20,000 bases of DNA from an uncultured virus (IMG/VR IMGVR_UViG_3300031951_000103) (lineage: Duplodnaviria; Heunggongvirae; Uroviricota; Caudoviricetes): IMG/VR virus record IMGVR_UViG_3300031951_000103. One strand, written 5' to 3'. A model generated the notes under the pieces. The model did no database searches. It was not told the DNA's origin and saw nothing but the letters and a program-made list of their open reading frames with translations. How positions within the stretch are numbered: position 1 is the first letter of the stretch; the number at the start of each line of letters is the position of its first letter. Shown here piece by piece: positions 16,816 through 20,000 of this stretch. The position numbers were made by a program, and so were the translations under genes.

Positions 16816-17524
16816 TTTCTAGATTATCTAATCTTGCTAAAATTTTAGCTATGATTTGATTTCTTACTATATCTGATGATTCTAATTTACAATTACCAAT
16901 ACCATCAATACCATCTAAGGCATTGATCATATGAATAAAGCCGCCCTGTAAATGTCTATTTAAATCCGATTGTCCAATATCTCCAGTTAGTACTAATTTA
17001 CTTTCTATTCCAACTCTTGTCAATAGCATTTTTAATTGTTCATAGGATGCGTTTTGACATTCATCTGCCACTATGAAACAATTATGGAAATTTCTACCTC
17101 TCATCAAGCCTAATGGCACAACTTCTATCTTATTATTTAATTTAAGATTAGTATAGTGCGCAGTAGGGATAAAATAATTAATTTCATCTATAATTGGTAA
17201 TAAATATGGGTGTAGCTTTTCTTCAGCTGTACCTGGTAAATATCCAATTTTTTCTCCTGCTTCTAATACTGGTCTGGTAATAATAATCCTACTTACTTTA
17301 TCATCTAATAAGTATTCTAAAGCCATGCCTATAGCAATATGCGTTTTGCCAGACCCTGCCAATCCTTGACAAAAAGTAATAGTATTTTCAGCAATTGTTC
17401 TTATGTAGTCTTTTTGATTTTCGCTCCTTGGTTTTAATCTATTTCTAAAAGCATGGCCGGTTTGTATATTTTCAACATTATTTGTTAAATCTATTGGTTT
17501 TTTCTTTTTGTTGTTTTTTCTCAA
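16799..17524 (-). CDS. phoH: PhoH-like ATPase
   Basis: 'GLAGSGKT', 'IIITRP.LEAGEKIGYLPG..EEK..PY', 'MRGRNF', 'DECQN', 'LTGD..QSD'. TTG start. Confidence 0.95.
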   Translation of the reverse strand: MRKNNKKKKPIDLTNNVENIQTGHAFRNRLKPRSENQKDYIRTIAENTITFCQGLAGSGKTHIAIGMALEYLLDDKVSRIIITRPVLEAGEKIGYLPGTAEEKLHPYLLPIIDEINYFIPTAHYTNLKLNNKIEVVPLGLMRGRNFHNCFIVADECQNASYEQLKMLLTRVGIESKLVLTGDIGQSDLNRHLQGGFIHMINALDGIDGIGNCKLESSDIVRNQIIAKILARLDNLENATKP

Positions 17525-17546
17525 GTTATACCCTTTGCGAATAAAG

Positions 17547-19742
17547 TTAAATTAGACATGCACCACCAGCGCAACTAATTTCCTCTATTCCCGCGGTATT
17601 GTCCTCTGTTTCTGATAGTTGCGTATAATCAACCTTCTTGAAACTATTAAATAGATCACAATATATTTTCCAATTATAAACGTCCTTCATACAATATGTT
17701 AGTCTTCTAACATCACCATTAAAATATTTGCCAGCAAAATTTTTCATTTTGGTTACAAACATTAATTTAGATTCATGATGATCTTTATTAGCTTGATTTA
17801 ATACTACATAATCACAAGCAGCCCATAGACCATTATCAGGAAATGTATTTAGGGCTAGTTCTATTAATCCAGAACACCATAATGCGGCATCTCCGTATTC
17901 TTTTACAATTTCTCTACTTGAGTAGACTGTTGTAAATGGGGCTTGTGGATAATCCTTATCTCCGCTTTGTGGAATAAGACTAATACCAGCAAAATATTTT
18001 CTGTTATTATAAATATATTCTGTAACACTATCCCATTCGTCTGGCTTAACTGTAACGGTGTTGCTTACATTATGACACAAATATTCTTGTGTGCAAAGAG
18101 CTTTATTTTTTCCAGTATGAACCCAATTTTTTTGTGTTTGTTTAACAATTTCTAGCATTTCTATTGCTGGTAATTGATTTTTTAGTTTCGATCCATCAGG
18201 TACTTCTATTGGAAATTTTATAACCTCATCCGTATTATTTGCTGACCAAGATGATTTTTCACACGCTTGAGGATTTATTTTTTTAAAGTGTTGGTACGGA
18301 GCTTCTAAAACATTAGCCTGTACATGGCGTATATATCGTTTAGCGTGATGAGGATGGATACCTGAACTTGTACCCAACATCGAACTAGAAGTACCTTCTG
18401 GCTTTAAGCAGGTTACCCTAGCAGCTTGATTAATATCTATTGCTTTGGCCATTAATTTATTTGTTTCAACTGCTATTTTTGCTCCGTTCTTCAACACCTT
18501 TTCTGTTAAAACTAATTCGTGTTTTTCCATTGTTCCTGTTAAAGAAACACCCAATAGAGCTTCTCTTTCAAAGATTTCTTCGCTATTTTTCCCTAGATAT
18601 TCTAGTTTTGTAAATCCCGCTTGTAAAGTTCCTATAATGGCAGCAGCTTTACATCTTTCGTAAAAATCATTTTCATCTTCAATTGATGAACAATTGATGG
18701 TTGATAGATTACATCCTTGCCAACCGGACTCTCCTGTTTTTTCATTTACAGGATATAGACTAATTTCTACACAGGGATTAAATACCATCTCTGTTGAATC
18801 ACTCCAAATAAATCCTGGTTCACCAAATTCTTTTACGCTATTCATTAGTTCTTGAAACTCTTCAAATTTTGTTTCGTCTTTTAATAAGAGTGCGGAATTA
18901 TTACTTCGTGCTCTTTGAGGATTTTCTATATACCAATTTCCAGTCTTAGCCTTAGCCATTTCTTCATCATCGGGACTAAATAGGGCTAGACTAGCAGATC
19001 TACGTACACCACCGCTTAAAACAGCGTCACTACTATGCATAACAATATCATATGCATCAATTGGTCTTAATTTTTTCTGACCATTTTTGATACAACGATC
19101 AAGTAATGCTCTGATTTTTTCTAAACCATTTGCTAATGGCTCATATCCAGGCGCTTTACCAACACCGCTAGCAAGAGATGATCCTTTTGGTCTAATATTG
19201 CTATAGTCAAATAATATATGACAATTTTTATATTGCTTAAATTCTTCTACTGGTTTACTAAAATAACTACTAAGTAGTACGCCTAATGCATCAGACCATC
19301 CCTCGATGCTATCATCGATAATATATTTAGTACCTTGATCTTCTGGGGGATTGTGTTCCAGTGTTGGTAACTTAGCAACATGATGTTTTTGCACACTAAA
19401 GCCAGTACCACTCCCACACAATAATAGCCAGAAACATTCCTGGAAAAATCTTAATCTGTCACAATAGCTGGCTGTACAGTTATATAGTTTTGCATTGCGT
19501 TTTAAAATTGGTTCTCCGCCAAATTGTAAACATCTTTGAGAACCTAATATTTTCTTTTTATACATCATATCATATGCCCAATTGATATCATCAGATATAC
19601 CAAAATTAGCATATTTAATATGCATCATATTTTTAACGCGCTCTACAGCTTCTTTCCACGTTTCTCTACGGTTTTTATCTTCTAACCAACGAGCATATTT
19701 ACTAACAAATGTATAATTCTGTAATTCTTGTAGAGCCGACAT
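17547..19742 (-). CDS. nrdJ: Ribonucleotide reductase, class II (B12-dependent, monomeric RTPR-like)
   Basis: 'SKYARW....RRETW', 'YNC', 'GGVRRSA', radical site 'NPCVEI', 'CNLS', 'KPEGTSS', C-terminal 'CAGGAC'. AGGAG SD. No beta-subunit gene is adjacent. Confidence 0.88.
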   Translation of the reverse strand: MSALQELQNYTFVSKYARWLEDKNRRETWKEAVERVKNMMHIKYANFGISDDINWAYDMMYKKKILGSQRCLQFGGEPILKRNAKLYNCTASYCDRLRFFQECFWLLLCGSGTGFSVQKHHVAKLPTLEHNPPEDQGTKYIIDDSIEGWSDALGVLLSSYFSKPVEEFKQYKNCHILFDYSNIRPKGSSLASGVGKAPGYEPLANGLEKIRALLDRCIKNGQKKLRPIDAYDIVMHSSDAVLSGGVRRSASLALFSPDDEEMAKAKTGNWYIENPQRARSNNSALLLKDETKFEEFQELMNSVKEFGEPGFIWSDSTEMVFNPCVEISLYPVNEKTGESGWQGCNLSTINCSSIEDENDFYERCKAAAIIGTLQAGFTKLEYLGKNSEEIFEREALLGVSLTGTMEKHELVLTEKVLKNGAKIAVETNKLMAKAIDINQAARVTCLKPEGTSSSMLGTSSGIHPHHAKRYIRHVQANVLEAPYQHFKKINPQACEKSSWSANNTDEVIKFPIEVPDGSKLKNQLPAIEMLEIVKQTQKNWVHTGKNKALCTQEYLCHNVSNTVTVKPDEWDSVTEYIYNNRKYFAGISLIPQSGDKDYPQAPFTTVYSSREIVKEYGDAALWCSGLIELALNTFPDNGLWAACDYVVLNQANKDHHESKLMFVTKMKNFAGKYFNGDVRRLTYCMKDVYNWKIYCDLFNSFKKVDYTQLSETEDNTAGIEEISCAGGACLI

Positions 19743-19743
19743 T

Positions 19744-19887
19744 TTATCTCCTGTGTTCTGTTATTAAAGTGAGAAAACCCAGTATTACTAGGCCATGAAA
19801 AGAATAATTTAAGAAATCTATATTATGAGTAATCCATCTATGATAAAAATATATTATAATATGTAAATAAAACGCTACCTTGTACAT
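19744..19887 (-). CDS. 47-aa hydrophobic small protein (absent from the ORF track)
   Basis: MYKVAFYLHIIIYFYHRWITHNIDFLNYSFHGLVILGFLTLITEHRR*. It has a TAATG overlap with the upstream ORF and its stop lies 1 nt before the RNR ATG. Confidence 0.6.
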   Translation of the reverse strand: MYKVAFYLHIIIYFYHRWITHNIDFLNYSFHGLVILGFLTLITEHRR

Positions 19888-20000
19888 TACAATACACCGC
19901 ATAATTGTTTCAGCCAAGAAAGATCTTGATCAACATACTGAATATTAATTTTACTCATTTTGACAAAAGTATCAAATCTTTTTTTTGCATCATTATCAAA
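19887..20000 (-). CDS. 3' end of an upstream ORF (partial), possibly dCMP deaminase-like
   Basis: Open frame FDNDAKKRFDTFVKMSKINIQYVDQDLSWLKQLCGVL*. The product guess rests on context only, as no catalytic motif lies in the window. Confidence 0.4.
   Translation of the reverse strand, partial: FDNDAKKRFDTFVKMSKINIQYVDQDLSWLKQLCGVL

Noticed and set aside
3557..18663. All plus-strand ORFs in the track (for example 3557-3904, 6019-6303, 12050-12496, 12508-12891) and the nested minus ORF 10181-10408
   Set aside because: They are antisense or out-of-frame shadows of well-supported genes, with Ser/Phe/Leu-rich composition and no motifs.
1..20000. Stop-codon reassignment (alternative genetic code)
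   Set aside because: Genes are full length in the standard code, and TAA, TGA and TAG (dnaE-C end) all appear as true stops at gene junctions.
1..20000. tRNA, rRNA, riboswitch or iteron-type origin
   Set aside because: No cloverleaf, structured GC-rich region or tandem repeat was seen, and the largest intergenic gap is under 70 nt.

Overview
Very AT-rich, gene-dense segment with all credible genes on the minus strand, most overlapping their neighbours by a few bases. It reads as the DNA replication, recombination and nucleotide-metabolism block of a large tailed dsDNA bacteriophage. In transcription order (right to left) it holds: a partial ORF, a 47-aa hydrophobic ORF, class II ribonucleotide reductase, PhoH, HNH nuclease, FmdB-type Zn-ribbon protein, three hypotheticals, RecA/UvsX, DUF559/Vsr-like nuclease, possible UvsY-like protein, Zn-ribbon protein, DnaB, DnaG-like primase, dNMP kinase, Cas4/AddB-like nuclease, DnaE N-half, a 59-aa ORF, DEDDh exonuclease, DnaE C-half, SSB with its own promoter and terminator, two GT4 glycosyltransferases, a hypothetical and a partial methyltransferase-like ORF. 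The most striking feature is a family C polymerase (DnaE) split at the palm/fingers boundary with no visible intein. A small Cys-containing protein and an epsilon-like exonuclease are encoded between the halves, and the PHP domain appears to keep a full metal-ligand set. All assignments come from motif recognition by eye; no searches were run.
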